A DNA stretch of 63,803 bases, filler included, from an uncultured Ignavibacteriales bacterium (lineage in GTDB: Bacteria > Zixibacteria > MSB-5A5 > GN15 > JAAZOE01), in NCBI GenBank assembly GCA_964611355.1. It is 4 parts of 4 records of this genome, joined end to end, with 100 filler letters (N's around TTAATTAATTAA, not from the genome) between each part and the next. Parts side by side here need not be neighbours in the genome. Positions count along the whole stretch, not along the records: positions 37,570 to 55,557 come from CAZSYD010000046.1; positions 55,658 to 63,803 come from CAZSYD010000076.1; 2 more parts are not named here. One strand, given 5' to 3'. Under the pieces are notes generated by a model, which ran no database searches, was not told the DNA's origin, and was given only the letters and a program-made list of their open reading frames with translations. Position numbers and translations under genes: made by a program. Of this stretch, positions 48,373 through 58,797 are shown piece after piece. How positions within the stretch are numbered: position 1 is the stretch's first letter; each line of letters opens with the position of its first letter.

Positions 48373-48435
48373 TCGGGCTTTTTGATTCGGCTGTGAGGGA
48401 CCGGATATCGGTCCCTCGTTTCTCAAAGGGGAGAT

Positions 48436-49272
48436 ATGTACAGGTTCGGCGATTTTACCATATACTACTTCGTGGAACAGAGATTCAAACTCGACGGCGG
48501 GTCGATGTTCGGTATTATCCCCAAAAAGATATGGGGCCGAATGATCGAATCCGACGAGAACAACCTGATTCCGATGCAGACCAACCTCTTTCTGATTGAC
48601 ACCGGAAAGGGGAAAATCCTCTGCGATACCGGGCTGGGGACGATGCTTTCTAAAAAAGAGCAAAAAGTGTATGCCACCTATGAGCCTTCCAATGTCGAAA
48701 CCGGTTTGCGCGATATCGGCTTTTCGCCGGACGATATTGACTATGTTATCCTCACTCACCTGCATACCGACCACGCCGGCGGGGCAGTAAAGGAGGAAAA
48801 CGGCCGGGCCGTACCGCGATTCAAAAAGACCCGCTATATCGTCCAGAAGGATGAATGGGAAGACGCCACAAATCCGGATGAAAGAACAGGGGCGGTCTAT
48901 GCTGTGGAGCGGCTGGAGGTTATCGAGAAGTTCGGACAGCTTGATCTGGTTGACGGAGATGCGGATCTGTTGCCGGGCGTTAAACTGATAAAAACCGGCG
49001 GACATACGCGCGGACATATGGGTGTGGAGTTTACCTCCGGCGGCAAAACGGTTGTCTGTTACGCCGATATTATTCCGTCATCGCATCATTTTAAAATCCC
49101 GTACGTGGCGTCTGCCGACCTTTTTCCGCTCGATACGATGAAGGTTAAAAGATCGCTGGTTAAACGGGCGCTGGCGGGTGAAATCTATATCGCCTTTGAT
49201 CATGATGTCGAGATACCGATTGGAATGGCGGTTGAGGAAGGGATAAAAACGGTTATCAAGCCGGTAATATAG
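48436..49272 (+). CDS. MBL-fold metallo-hydrolase (YtnP-like)
   Basis: LDGG.MFG..PK..W, DTG.G, THLHTDHAGG, GGHT.GH and F.HD. Confidence 0.9.
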   Translation: MYRFGDFTIYYFVEQRFKLDGGSMFGIIPKKIWGRMIESDENNLIPMQTNLFLIDTGKGKILCDTGLGTMLSKKEQKVYATYEPSNVETGLRDIGFSPDDIDYVILTHLHTDHAGGAVKEENGRAVPRFKKTRYIVQKDEWEDATNPDERTGAVYAVERLEVIEKFGQLDLVDGDADLLPGVKLIKTGGHTRGHMGVEFTSGGKTVVCYADIIPSSHHFKIPYVASADLFPLDTMKVKRSLVKRALAGEIYIAFDHDVEIPIGMAVEEGIKTVIKPVI

Positions 49273-49321
49273 CGGCGCTTATTAACCCGGCCGATAAATG
49301 AATAATTTTTCGAGGTTAGCC

Positions 49322-50872
49322 ATGTCGCTTGAGAAAAAATTACAGGAACGCGACGCCAGGCGGGCCAAGGCGCGTCTCGGGGGCGGACAGGATAGAATCG
49401 ACACTCAGCATGCCAAGGGTAAGCTGACCGCCCGCGAAAGGATTGAGCTTCTGCTTGATAAAGGCAGCTTCGAAGAATTTGATATGTTCGTCGCTCATCG
49501 CTGTCGCGATTTCGGACTGGACAAGAAAAAAATCCTTGGTGATGGCGTCGTGACCGGCGTCGGGGCAATCAATGGGCGTCAGGTGTTTGTCTTCTCGCAA
49601 GATTTTACCGTGTTCGGCGGTTCGCTTTCGGAAGCCCACGCCGAAAAGATCTGCAAAATAATGGATATGGCCACGAAAGTCGGCTCGCCTGTAATCGGCC
49701 TAAACGACTCCGGCGGAGCGAGGATTCAGGAAGGGGTGGTTTCGCTGGGCGGCTATGCGGATATTTTCCTGCGCAATACGCTGGTTTCCGGCGTTATCCC
49801 CCAGATATCGCTTGTTCTCGGCCCCTGCGCGGGAGGCGCAGTCTACAGCCCGGCCATCACCGATTTTACCATTATGGTTAAAGGCATTAGCCATATGTTT
49901 GTCACCGGCCCCCATGTAGTCAAAACCGTAACGCACGAAGAGGTTACATCGGAAGAACTGGGCGGGGCGGTAACGCATGCCACCAAATCGGGAGTGGCCC
50001 ATTATGCCGCCGAAAACGAACCTGACGCTTTCCGTTTTACGCGGGAACTGATGAGCTACATCCCCCTCAACAACATGGAAGATCCGCCTTACGTGGCCAC
50101 CGATGACCCCGCCGACCGCGAAGAGGAAAGCCTTAATTCCATCGTGCCGCTCAACCCAAACAAACCGTACGACATTAAGGAAGTAATAACACGGGTGGTT
50201 GACGAGGGTCGCTTTCTGGAAATTCATTCCGATTTTGCTGCCAACATCGTCGTCGGGTTTGCACGGCTGGGTGGGTATTCGGTCGGTGTCGTCGCCAACC
50301 AACCGGCGGTTCTGGCCGGAGTGCTCGATATCAATTCGTCGATGAAGGGGGCTCGTTTTATCCGTTTCTGCGACGCTTTCAACATTCCCCTGATTACTTT
50401 TGAAGACGTTCCCGGTTTTTTGCCGGGCACCGACCAGGAACATGGCGGCATTATCAAGCATGGCGCCAAACTGCTGTATGCTTACTGTGAAGCGACCGTG
50501 CCCAAGATAACGGTTATTACTCGCAAGGCATACGGCGGGGCATACGATGTTATGAATTCAAAACATGTCCGGGGCGATATGAATTACGCCTGGCCGACGG
50601 CTGAGATTGCCGTCATGGGACCGAAAGGGGCGGTGGAGATTATTTTCAAGAAAGAAATCGCGGCAGGGGAGGATAAAGAAAAGGCAATTAACGAAAAAGT
50701 CGCCGAGTTTACCGAAAAGTTTGCCAACCCGTACGCCGCCGCCGAGCGGGGATATATCGATGATATTATCGAACCGAAACGAACGCGGGTGCGTTTGATT
50801 AATGCTTTGAAGATGCTGGAGAACAAAAAAGATTCCAACCCGCCCAAGAAGCACGGGAATATACCGTTGTAG
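49322..50872 (+). CDS. pccB: Acyl-CoA (propionyl-CoA) carboxylase carboxyltransferase subunit
   Basis: [53 protein letters not shown] and KKHGNIPL. Confidence 0.92.
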   Translation: MSLEKKLQERDARRAKARLGGGQDRIDTQHAKGKLTARERIELLLDKGSFEEFDMFVAHRCRDFGLDKKKILGDGVVTGVGAINGRQVFVFSQDFTVFGGSLSEAHAEKICKIMDMATKVGSPVIGLNDSGGARIQEGVVSLGGYADIFLRNTLVSGVIPQISLVLGPCAGGAVYSPAITDFTIMVKGISHMFVTGPHVVKTVTHEEVTSEELGGAVTHATKSGVAHYAAENEPDAFRFTRELMSYIPLNNMEDPPYVATDDPADREEESLNSIVPLNPNKPYDIKEVITRVVDEGRFLEIHSDFAANIVVGFARLGGYSVGVVANQPAVLAGVLDINSSMKGARFIRFCDAFNIPLITFEDVPGFLPGTDQEHGGIIKHGAKLLYAYCEATVPKITVITRKAYGGAYDVMNSKHVRGDMNYAWPTAEIAVMGPKGAVEIIFKKEIAAGEDKEKAINEKVAEFTEKFANPYAAAERGYIDDIIEPKRTRVRLINALKMLENKKDSNPPKKHGNIPL

Positions 50873-50927
50873 AGGATATGGTCGTTCGGGTTCTAAGTGA
50901 AGCGAAAAACCCAACGAGTGAAATAGC

Positions 50928-52445
50928 ATGCCAGAAATAAATAAAATCCTGATCGCCAACCGTGGTGAAATCGCCGTTCGGATCGTGCGAGCCTGCCGTG
51001 ATGCCGGAATAACTTCAGCGGCTATATATTCCGATCCTGACCGAACCGCTTACCATGTCCGGCTGGCCGATGAAGCGTATGGTCTGGGGGGAATCACTTC
51101 GACCGAATCGTACCTCGTGCAGGGGAAAATTATTGATATTGCAAAAAAATGCGGCGCTCAGGCAATTCATCCAGGTTATGGCTTTCTGGCCGAGAATTAC
51201 CGGTTTGCCGACCTGTGCCGGGAAAACAAAATAATCTTCATCGGCCCGTCGCCGGAAGTGATAAAGCTTCTCGGCGACAAGCTGGAAGCGCGCCGGACGG
51301 CGACAAAAGCCGGTCTGCCGCTGGCTCCGGCCAGTACTCGGGACATTGACGATATTGACCTTGCCGCATCCGAAGCGAAAAATATCGGCTACCCGATTCT
51401 TATCAAGGCGGCGGCGGGCGGCGGCGGCAAAGGGATGCGGATCGTGGAAAACTCCGGCGATCTGGCGGCGGCATTTCGCATGGCGGCTTCGGAAGCATCT
51501 TCGGCATTTGGCGACAAAAGAGTCTATGTCGAGAAATATATCGCCCGCCCGCGCCATATCGAAATACAAATACTGGCCGATACGCACGGCAATGTCATTC
51601 ATCTTGGCGAACGGGAATGTTCCATACAAAGACGGCATCAGAAAGTCATCGAGGAATCTCCCTCGGCGGTGGTTGATGAAAACCTTCGTTCCCGCATGGG
51701 CGGGGCGGCTGTTTCCATTATTCGTGAATCAGGCTATGTTGGAGCCGGAACGGTTGAGTTTCTCGTTGACGAAAACCTGAACTATTACTTCCTCGAAGTC
51801 AACACGCGGTTGCAGGTGGAACATCCGGTGACCGAGATGGTAACCGGCGTTGACCTGGTGCAGGAGCAATTTAGGATTGCGCGTGGAGAAAAGCTGTCGA
51901 TTACACAGAAAGATGTCAAACAAAAAGGTCACGCTATCGAGTGCCGTATCTATGCCGAGGAAACTGAGGCGGGATTTATTCCTTCGACCGGCCGTCTGGC
52001 TGCTTATACTGAACCGTCCGGGCCGGGGGTGCGGGTTGATTCCGGTTTCGTGGCCGGCGACGACATTCCGGTTTTCTATGATCCGCTTATTGCCAAGCTG
52101 ATTGTCTGGGGAAACGACCGGCAACAGTCAATAAGACGGACGCATCGCGCATTGACCGAATACTCCGTTCAGGGAGTCGAAACCACCGTCGGATTTGGCC
52201 TGCTGGTGATGGAAAGTCAAAGTTTCCAGGATGGGAAACTGTCAACCCATTTTATTGAGGATGAATTCCCTGATCTTGCCGCCAGCTTCAGGGAATCGGA
52301 GGAGGAGATGGAATTTTCCGCTATGGCGGCGGCTATTATAGATTTCAAAAGGCAGTCGCGTTTGGGGAAGATGGGTGAACAAAAGAAAAAGGCCGAAAAT
52401 CCCTGGAAGATGTCCGGGCGGCTGGCCGGTTTGAGAAATGCGTGA
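50928..52445 (+). CDS. Biotin carboxylase subunit of acyl-CoA carboxylase
   Basis: IANRGEIA, HPGYGFLAEN, GGGGKGMR, RECSIQRRHQK and E.NTRLQVEHPVTE. Confidence 0.96.
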   Translation: MPEINKILIANRGEIAVRIVRACRDAGITSAAIYSDPDRTAYHVRLADEAYGLGGITSTESYLVQGKIIDIAKKCGAQAIHPGYGFLAENYRFADLCRENKIIFIGPSPEVIKLLGDKLEARRTATKAGLPLAPASTRDIDDIDLAASEAKNIGYPILIKAAAGGGGKGMRIVENSGDLAAAFRMAASEASSAFGDKRVYVEKYIARPRHIEIQILADTHGNVIHLGERECSIQRRHQKVIEESPSAVVDENLRSRMGGAAVSIIRESGYVGAGTVEFLVDENLNYYFLEVNTRLQVEHPVTEMVTGVDLVQEQFRIARGEKLSITQKDVKQKGHAIECRIYAEETEAGFIPSTGRLAAYTEPSGPGVRVDSGFVAGDDIPVFYDPLIAKLIVWGNDRQQSIRRTHRALTEYSVQGVETTVGFGLLVMESQSFQDGKLSTHFIEDEFPDLAASFRESEEEMEFSAMAAAIIDFKRQSRLGKMGEQKKKAENPWKMSGRLAGLRNA

Positions 52446-52451
52446 TTGCAG

Positions 52452-52955
52452 ATGAAAAAAGTACAGGTTAACACACAGGATAAAAGTTTCCGGTTCGAAC
52501 TTCGGCAGGATGGTGATCGGCTTTATATCAAGCGGGACGGCACCGAATGCGTTGCCGATATGGTAAGGCTGGGCAACAAACGGTATTCGCTGATCCTGAA
52601 CGGCCGTTCGCATGAAATCGGGGCCGATTTTGCTTCAGATGGATACATAATCTTTTCCGGTTCCCGCTCCGCCCGATACGTAGTCGAGGATTATGAAATC
52701 GCCCGGATGAAAAAGAAAGCCGGTATCGACGACAGAGCCAGACTTAAAATCGTCGCCGCGCCGATGCCGGGCCTGATTGTAACAGTCAACTGCAAGCCGG
52801 GAGACAAAATCAAAAAAGGCGAGCCGTTGCTGGTGATGGAGGCGATGAAGATGGAAAACGATATTAAGTCGCCGGTGCCCGGAAAAATCAAAGCGGTCTC
52901 TGTTTCGGCGGGAGAAAATGTAGATAAGGGACAGACGCTTGTGGAACTCGAATAA
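52452..52955 (+). CDS. Biotin carboxyl carrier protein subunit
   Basis: APMPG and EAMKMEN biotinylation motif. Confidence 0.93.
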   Translation: MKKVQVNTQDKSFRFELRQDGDRLYIKRDGTECVADMVRLGNKRYSLILNGRSHEIGADFASDGYIIFSGSRSARYVVEDYEIARMKKKAGIDDRARLKIVAAPMPGLIVTVNCKPGDKIKKGEPLLVMEAMKMENDIKSPVPGKIKAVSVSAGENVDKGQTLVELE

Positions 52956-54511
52956 TGGCTAAACCGAAAAAAACCGGTTCCGGAATAGATATCCCCGTAA
53001 CGGTGCAGCCGCGTCAGGCGGATCATTCCCCGCCCGGCGAATTTCCTTTTACTCGCGGAATATATCCCGATATGTATCGTGGGCGGTTCTGGACGATGCG
53101 CCAGTACGCCGGTTTCGGCTCCGCCAGGCAAACCAACGAGCGTTACCGCTACCTGCTTAAATCAGGCCAGACCGGCCTGTCGGTGGCGTTTGATCTTCCT
53201 ACCCAGATAGGATACGACTCGGATCATCTCATGGCGGCCGGTGAAGTAGGCAAAACAGGCGTCGCTATCGATACTATCGACGACATGGAAGTCGTCTTCG
53301 ATTCAATACCGCTGGGCGAAGTTTCCACGTCGATGACGATTAATTCCACCGCGATAATCCTTCTGGCGATGTATGTTACCGTTGCCGGACGACAGGGCGT
53401 GCCCTGTGATAAAATTCGGGGAACGATTCAAAATGATATCCTAAAGGAATTCATAGCCCGGGGAACGTATATATTCCCGCCGCGGCAATCCATGCGCCTG
53501 ATTACCGACGTCTTTGCTTACGCTAAAGATCACCTTCCGAATTTCAATACGATATCGATATCCGGCTATCATATCCGCGAAGCCGGATCGACGGCGGCGC
53601 AGGAGATCGCTTTTACTTTTGCCAATGCCATCTGTTATATCGAGGCGGCTCTCGAAGCGGGTCTGGAGATCGACCATTTTGCTCCGCGGCTGTCGTTTTT
53701 CTTCAACGGGCACAACAATCTTTTCGAGGAGGCGGCCAAGTTCCGCGCGGCGCGGCGTATCTGGGCCGGTATTGTTAAAAATCGCTTTTATGCAAAAAAC
53801 AAGAAGTCGATGTTGTTTCGTTTCCATACCCAGACAGCCGGGTCGATGCTGACGGCTCAGCAACCGGAAAACAATATCGTCCGCGTCGCCCTTCAGGCCC
53901 TGGCGGCGACACTGGGCGGGACCCAGTCGCTCCATACAAATTCTTTCGACGAAGCGCTGGCTCTGCCGACCCGGAAGTCGGTCAATATTGCCCTGCGGAC
54001 ACAGCAGATTATTGCCCACGAATCGGGCGCAGCCGATTCTGTCGATCCTCTGGCCGGGTCGTATTATGTCGAGTACCTGACCGATGAACTGGAAAGACGA
54101 ATTCTTGGCATACTGGAAGAGATTGACCGGCGGGGAGGGGCGTTGAAATGTATTGAAACGTCGTATTTCCAGAACGAAATCGCCAGCGCGGCGTATGAAT
54201 ATCAAAAGCAGGTGGAAAACGGCGAAGAAATCGTCGTCGGCGTCAACCGTTTCCAGACCGATGAGGAAGAACATCCGGAGATTTTGAAGGTTGACAGGAC
54301 GCTGGAGGAGCAACAGATAAGACGACTCCGGGAAATCAAGGCTTCCCGCGACCGGGACAGGGTCAATAGGTGTATGGACAGGCTGGAAAAGGCGGCACAA
54401 TCAACCGATAATATGGTCGTGCCGGTGATGGAAGCGGTGGACAACCGGGTTACCGTGGGAGAGATATCCGATCGATTACGAAAGGTTTGGGGAGAATATG
54501 AAGCAAGTTAA
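52955..54511 (+). CDS. Methylmalonyl-CoA mutase large (substrate-binding) subunit
   Basis: [10 protein letters not shown] (Tyr), [17 protein letters not shown] (Arg) and SGYHIREAG; no B12-binding domain. Confidence 0.92.
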   Translation: MAKPKKTGSGIDIPVTVQPRQADHSPPGEFPFTRGIYPDMYRGRFWTMRQYAGFGSARQTNERYRYLLKSGQTGLSVAFDLPTQIGYDSDHLMAAGEVGKTGVAIDTIDDMEVVFDSIPLGEVSTSMTINSTAIILLAMYVTVAGRQGVPCDKIRGTIQNDILKEFIARGTYIFPPRQSMRLITDVFAYAKDHLPNFNTISISGYHIREAGSTAAQEIAFTFANAICYIEAALEAGLEIDHFAPRLSFFFNGHNNLFEEAAKFRAARRIWAGIVKNRFYAKNKKSMLFRFHTQTAGSMLTAQQPENNIVRVALQALAATLGGTQSLHTNSFDEALALPTRKSVNIALRTQQIIAHESGAADSVDPLAGSYYVEYLTDELERRILGILEEIDRRGGALKCIETSYFQNEIASAAYEYQKQVENGEEIVVGVNRFQTDEEEHPEILKVDRTLEEQQIRRLREIKASRDRDRVNRCMDRLEKAAQSTDNMVVPVMEAVDNRVTVGEISDRLRKVWGEYEAS

Positions 54512-55034
54512 TCGGACCGTATCGAAAGTTGTTTTCAGCGCTTTGCTGGTTTTAGTAATTTTCTGGGGGTGTCAATCAGAACAGCCGCTCGATCCTGATC
54601 GAGAGCAGGTTATCGAAAACTGCATTGAGCTTTATACTCGCTTAAAGGTCGGCGATAACAGCGTTATTTATGACAATGAATTTCCTTACATGAGAGAAGA
54701 AAGGGATCGCGAGGAATACATCGCGCTGCCGGCTATCGCGGCATATAGAGCCGATACTCTGGTGGCCGTACAGATAGATTCGATTTCATTATGGGAAGAC
54801 ACGGCCTACGCTCACCTCCAGACCGAATATATTCTCTCCGACAGTACTCTCATCGTGCATAGTATAGCAATGCGGTGGCACAAGGTCGATGGTGAGTGGC
54901 TGAAGCCGACCCTGTCGCATCCTAAAAGGCAGAAAGAATTCGAGGAGGAACTTCGGGTTTACTGGGATGCGGTCAGGGAAATAGAAGAGCGGGAAAAAGC
55001 ACGGCAGGAACAAAAAGAAGAAACCGGCCCGTGA
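54498..55034 (+). CDS. Hypothetical lipoprotein
   Basis: Signal peptide with FWGC lipobox; overlaps both neighbouring genes. Confidence 0.7.
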   Translation: MKQVNRTVSKVVFSALLVLVIFWGCQSEQPLDPDREQVIENCIELYTRLKVGDNSVIYDNEFPYMREERDREEYIALPAIAAYRADTLVAVQIDSISLWEDTAYAHLQTEYILSDSTLIVHSIAMRWHKVDGEWLKPTLSHPKRQKEFEEELRVYWDAVREIEEREKARQEQKEETGP

Positions 55035-55435
55035 TTAGACGAATTTCACATATAGGAATCGCCGTCGCTGACCTTGGTGAAGCGGTCATGGTTTTCTCGA
55101 ATCTTCTCGGCTGTGAACCTGACAATTACGAAGAAGTAGCTGATCAAAAAGTCAGAACGGCCATATTCGATCTCGACGGCGGCGGCCTGGAAATTCTGGA
55201 AGCCACATCTCCCGATTCGCCGATTTCCAAATTCATTGAAAAGCGCGGCGCGGGTATTCATCATATCTGTCTCGAGGTGGATGATATAGAAGCCGAAATC
55301 AGACGGCTGGAAAAAGTTGGTATGAAGCTGATCGACAAAACTCCTCGCCCCGGCACCGGAGGATCGCTGATTGCCTTTATTCATCCCAAATCAACCGGTG
55401 GGATATTGATAGAGTTGCAGCAGAATCCAAAATAA
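55031..55435 (+). CDS. mce: Methylmalonyl-CoA epimerase
   Basis: HIGIAV, Q.V, E.LE, SPI.KF, GIHHICLEVDDI and F.HPKSTGG.LIEL. Confidence 0.95.
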   Translation: MIRRISHIGIAVADLGEAVMVFSNLLGCEPDNYEEVADQKVRTAIFDLDGGGLEILEATSPDSPISKFIEKRGAGIHHICLEVDDIEAEIRRLEKVGMKLIDKTPRPGTGGSLIAFIHPKSTGGILIELQQNPK

Positions 55436-55454
55436 ATTTCGTACCCGATTAAAA

Positions 55455-55556
55455 CCGCAATGTGCCGCTGAAAACGCAACCTGCGGGAACTTATTGCAGG
55501 CCACAGGATACGGGTCGTGATTTGGGTTCGTTTTGTCATTATTTCGGGGGCCCCAT
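55455..55556 (+). repeat. Dispersed repeat, copy 2
   Basis: ATTTGGGTTCGTTTTGTCATT...GGGGGCCCC, matching the reverse complement of 19529-19624. Confidence 0.8.
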
Positions 55557-55557
55557 T

Positions 55558-55657
55558 NNNNNNNNNNNNNNNNNNNNNNNNNNNNNNNNNNNNNNNNNNN
55601 NTTAATTAATTAANNNNNNNNNNNNNNNNNNNNNNNNNNNNNNNNNNNNNNNNNNNN
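55558..55657. other. Artificial contig-joining spacer
   Basis: 44 N + TTAATTAATTAA + 44 N. Confidence 0.98.
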
Positions 55658-55711
55658 CATCAATTATTCCTACCTTAACTGAACTCTGAGGTATAGGAAA
55701 GGAATCAATAA

Positions 55712-56698
55712 ATGCGAGCGATGATTCTCAAAGAACAACGACAACCATTGGTGCTGGCCGAGACGCCGGATCCCGTCCCTGGACCGGGACAACTTCTGCT
55801 TCGCGTGCACACCTGCGGCGTATGCCGAACCGATCTGCACGTGGTTGACGGCGATCTGACCGAACCCAATCTGCCGCTTATTCCCGGACATCAAATTATA
55901 GGCTCGGTTATTGACGCAGGTCAGGGAAGCGGCAGCTTTTCCGCCGGGGATAAAGTCGGGGTTCCCTGGCTGGGCGGGAGCTGTGGTCGCTGCGATTTTT
56001 GCCTGACCGGCAGGGAAAACCTCTGCGAGCACGCGCGGTACACCGGCTATCAAATCAACGGCGGTTTTGCCGAATTATGCGTCGCAGACGAGAGGTTTTG
56101 TTTTCCCATTCCCGAAGGCTACCCGGATATTCAGGCCGCCCCCCTGCTCTGCGCCGGGTTAATCGGGTACCGTGCCTTTCGCATGACCGGCAACGCCCGG
56201 AGCCTGGGCTTTTATGGATTCGGGGCGGCCGCTCATATCCTGATCCAACTGGCCCGCTACGAAAAACGCGAGGTTTACGCTTTTACCCGACCCGGCGACA
56301 ATGAAAGACAGGATTTCGCCCGAAGACTGGGAGCGGCATGGGCCGGGCCCTCCGACGAGATGCCGCCAAAGACCCTTGATGCCGCCATAATATTCGCTCC
56401 GGTGGGCGAACTGGTCCCGCTGGCGCTCAAGGCGGTAACCAGTGGAGGCATCGTCGTCTGCGCCGGTATTTATATGACCGACATCCCCTCGATGCCATAT
56501 TCGATTCTATGGATGGAACGGACGCTTCGGTCTGTCGCCAACCTGACCCGCAGAGACGGAGAAGAATTTCTAACCGTTGCTCCAAAAGTACCTATAAAAA
56601 CGGAAGTGCATCCTTACCCCCTGGCCAAAACCAATGAAGCGCTGAATGATCTGCGCGAAGGACGATTTACCGGCGCAGCCGTGATCGTTATAGATTAG
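55712..56698 (+). CDS. Zinc-dependent alcohol dehydrogenase family protein
   Basis: CGVCRTDLH, PGHQIIG, CG.C.FC...ENLC, APLLCAG and GFGAAA. Confidence 0.94.
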   Translation: MRAMILKEQRQPLVLAETPDPVPGPGQLLLRVHTCGVCRTDLHVVDGDLTEPNLPLIPGHQIIGSVIDAGQGSGSFSAGDKVGVPWLGGSCGRCDFCLTGRENLCEHARYTGYQINGGFAELCVADERFCFPIPEGYPDIQAAPLLCAGLIGYRAFRMTGNARSLGFYGFGAAAHILIQLARYEKREVYAFTRPGDNERQDFARRLGAAWAGPSDEMPPKTLDAAIIFAPVGELVPLALKAVTSGGIVVCAGIYMTDIPSMPYSILWMERTLRSVANLTRRDGEEFLTVAPKVPIKTEVHPYPLAKTNEALNDLREGRFTGAAVIVID

Positions 56699-56845
56699 GA
56701 GATAAATACTCGATGGGGAAATCAAGAGCCTTTGATGATGCAGCATAGCTTCCGGGAAGATTCCGGATGCCGTTGCCATAAAGGTCCTTGTGTTCCCGAT
56801 ATTTTCTTTTGCACAGAGATATTATAACCTTATCTTGAATATACC

Positions 56846-57787
56846 ATGACAGGCTTTTTCCATCACGATCTGTTTCTAAAGCATCTGGAAGAATACGACC
56901 ACGTGGAAAGACCCGAGAGACTGACGACCATTATTGATAAAATCAAACAGAGTCCCATTTCGAGTTCCATTTCCTTCATACGGGCGGAAGCCGCCGAACG
57001 TGAATGGCTGGAAAGGGTTCACGACCCGAAATACGTTGAGGGTATTCTTACCCTCAAAGTCAAAGACGCCGTTATTCTCGACTGGGGCGACACGGTTGCC
57101 ACCCCGGCCTCGCCTCAGGCGGCCCTTTATGCCGCCGGTTGCGGCGTGCAGGCGGTCAGGATGGTGCTTGACGATCAAATATCCTCGGCATTCTGTGCCG
57201 TTCGACCTCCGGGTCATCATGCCGAACGCAACCGGGCTATGGGTTTTTGCATCTTCAATAACATCGCCGTCGCTACTGCAGACCTTCTTGAGCACGGCGG
57301 CCTTCAGCGGGTTGCCATAATTGACTGGGACGTTCATCACGGCAACGGCACCGAAAGAATCTTTGCCGAAGACGACAGGGTTCTGTACGTCAGCCTGCAC
57401 CAGTACCCTCATTATCCGGGCACCGGGCCGGCCGATATGACCGGCGTCGGACGCGGTACGGGGTACACTCTCAATATCCCTATGGGTGCCGGCGCAGGTG
57501 ATGATGAATACACGGGGGCTTTCGATAACCTGATTCTTCCGGCCATAGACGATTTCAAGCCGGAATTTATCCTGATCTCGGCCGGATTTGACGCTCACCG
57601 AAACGATCCCTTATCCGGCATCAACCTGAGCAGTGCCATGTACGGAAAAATGACTCGTCTTCTCAAAGAACGCGCCGATAGTCACTGCCGGGGTCGGATC
57701 GTTTCCTTTCTCGAAGGCGGATACAACCTCGAAGCCCTGGCCGAATCGGTCGAAAAGCACCTGGCTGTTCTGACTCTTACGGAATGA
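56846..57787 (+). CDS. Histone deacetylase family protein
   Basis: H.E.PERL, RPPGHHA, GFC.FNN, DWDVHHGNGT, SAGFDAH and EGGY. Confidence 0.95.
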   Translation: MTGFFHHDLFLKHLEEYDHVERPERLTTIIDKIKQSPISSSISFIRAEAAEREWLERVHDPKYVEGILTLKVKDAVILDWGDTVATPASPQAALYAAGCGVQAVRMVLDDQISSAFCAVRPPGHHAERNRAMGFCIFNNIAVATADLLEHGGLQRVAIIDWDVHHGNGTERIFAEDDRVLYVSLHQYPHYPGTGPADMTGVGRGTGYTLNIPMGAGAGDDEYTGAFDNLILPAIDDFKPEFILISAGFDAHRNDPLSGINLSSAMYGKMTRLLKERADSHCRGRIVSFLEGGYNLEALAESVEKHLAVLTLTE

Positions 57788-57808
57788 ACCTGCATAATTA
57801 TCATGCGG

Positions 57809-57833
57809 GAAACATATTGCCGCGCATTCCGTA
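57809..57833 (+). promoter_or_regulatory. Putative ECF-sigma promoter (GAAAC-N16-CGTA)
   Basis: GAAAC-atattgccgcgcattc-CGTA, about 30 nt upstream of the ATG at 57865. Confidence 0.45.
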
Positions 57834-57864
57834 CGGTAAATGCATAACGAATCGAGGCCGAACT

Positions 57865-58071
57865 ATGATAAAATTTCTTCTCTGGTGCATTTTGCTGGTG
57901 TTATGCTGGCCGGCGGCGATTCTGGCGCTTTTACTTTACCCTCTGGTATGGCTTATGCTTTTGCCGTTTCGCCTTGTCGGCATAGCCGTTGGAGGCATAT
58001 TGGAACTTCTTAAGGCAATTATACGCCTCCCGTCAAGACTTCTGCGCGGCCCTTTTCGAACGCCGCAGTAG
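57865..58071 (+). CDS. Small hydrophobic membrane protein
   Basis: GAGG RBS; MIKFLLWCILLVLCWPAAILALLLYPLVWL..LPFRL. Confidence 0.7.
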   Translation: MIKFLLWCILLVLCWPAAILALLLYPLVWLMLLPFRLVGIAVGGILELLKAIIRLPSRLLRGPFRTPQ

Positions 58072-58144
58072 GAGGAAAAGTATCCCGAAAGCGGTGGTTG
58101 GGCCGCGAATTCGTAAGGCAATTGACTTTCTATAATTTATTTAC

Positions 58145-58174
58145 TTGACATATGACCTAAAAAAAAGATAAAAT
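58145..58174 (+). promoter_or_regulatory. Sigma70-type promoter upstream of the DUF378 gene
   Basis: TTGACA-N18-TAAAAT. Confidence 0.55.
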
Positions 58175-58357
58175 TATTAAAATATTCGGGATTTCGAATC
58201 CTGTGCTGTTCAACATCCCGGACAACCATCGGTTTATGCCCTTCCATGCTTTTAATTCGGTCCGGTGCGGGATTTATCTGTGATGGTCATCAGGTACACG
58301 AGACTCCGGATCTTCGTAACGGTCCGGCAATATAAATTGATCTGAAAGGAGGATCAG

Positions 58358-58588
58358 ATGAAGACACTCGATGTAATAGTTTTTATTTTGCTGATCATTG
58401 GAGGTTTGAACTGGGGATTGATCGGCATTTTTGAGTTTGATCTTATCGCCGCGATTTTCGGCGCTATGAGTATCATCAGCCGCATCATCTATATTCTTGT
58501 CGCGGTCAGCGCCCTGTACCAGCTGTTCCTGTGGAAAAACATGCACGTTCGCTGGGGGCACACGCCAGCGCAGGCATCAACACCATAG
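58358..58588 (+). CDS. DUF378 domain small membrane protein
   Basis: L.IIGGLNWGLIG.F.FDL.A.IFG...SRIIY.LV..SALY; AGGAGG RBS. Confidence 0.93.
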   Translation: MKTLDVIVFILLIIGGLNWGLIGIFEFDLIAAIFGAMSIISRIIYILVAVSALYQLFLWKNMHVRWGHTPAQASTP

Positions 58589-58797
58589 CCGTCGTCGATT
58601 CATATAATCCTCGCCTGCATGAACATCCTACTCACAAAAAACAGGGTCGGCTAACAGGCCGGCCCTGTTGCTGCATAAGGTCGGGGCGAAAAGCCGTTTC
58701 GCAACATAAGCGGGGAGGCCGCGATACTCACCCTTTTTCTTGAAAATGCCGTCCCGGCTCTTGCAAATGCCAAATATCTTACGCTTCTTGAATTATT

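Noticed and set aside
37642..55435. 3-hydroxypropionate/4-hydroxybutyrate carbon-fixation cycle suggested by AbfD-like + carboxylase + mutase + epimerase on one contig
   Set aside because: The AbfD homologue appears to lack the dehydratase catalytic residues, and no malonyl-CoA or succinyl-CoA reductase genes are visible; heterotrophic acyl-CoA catabolism explains the cluster more simply.
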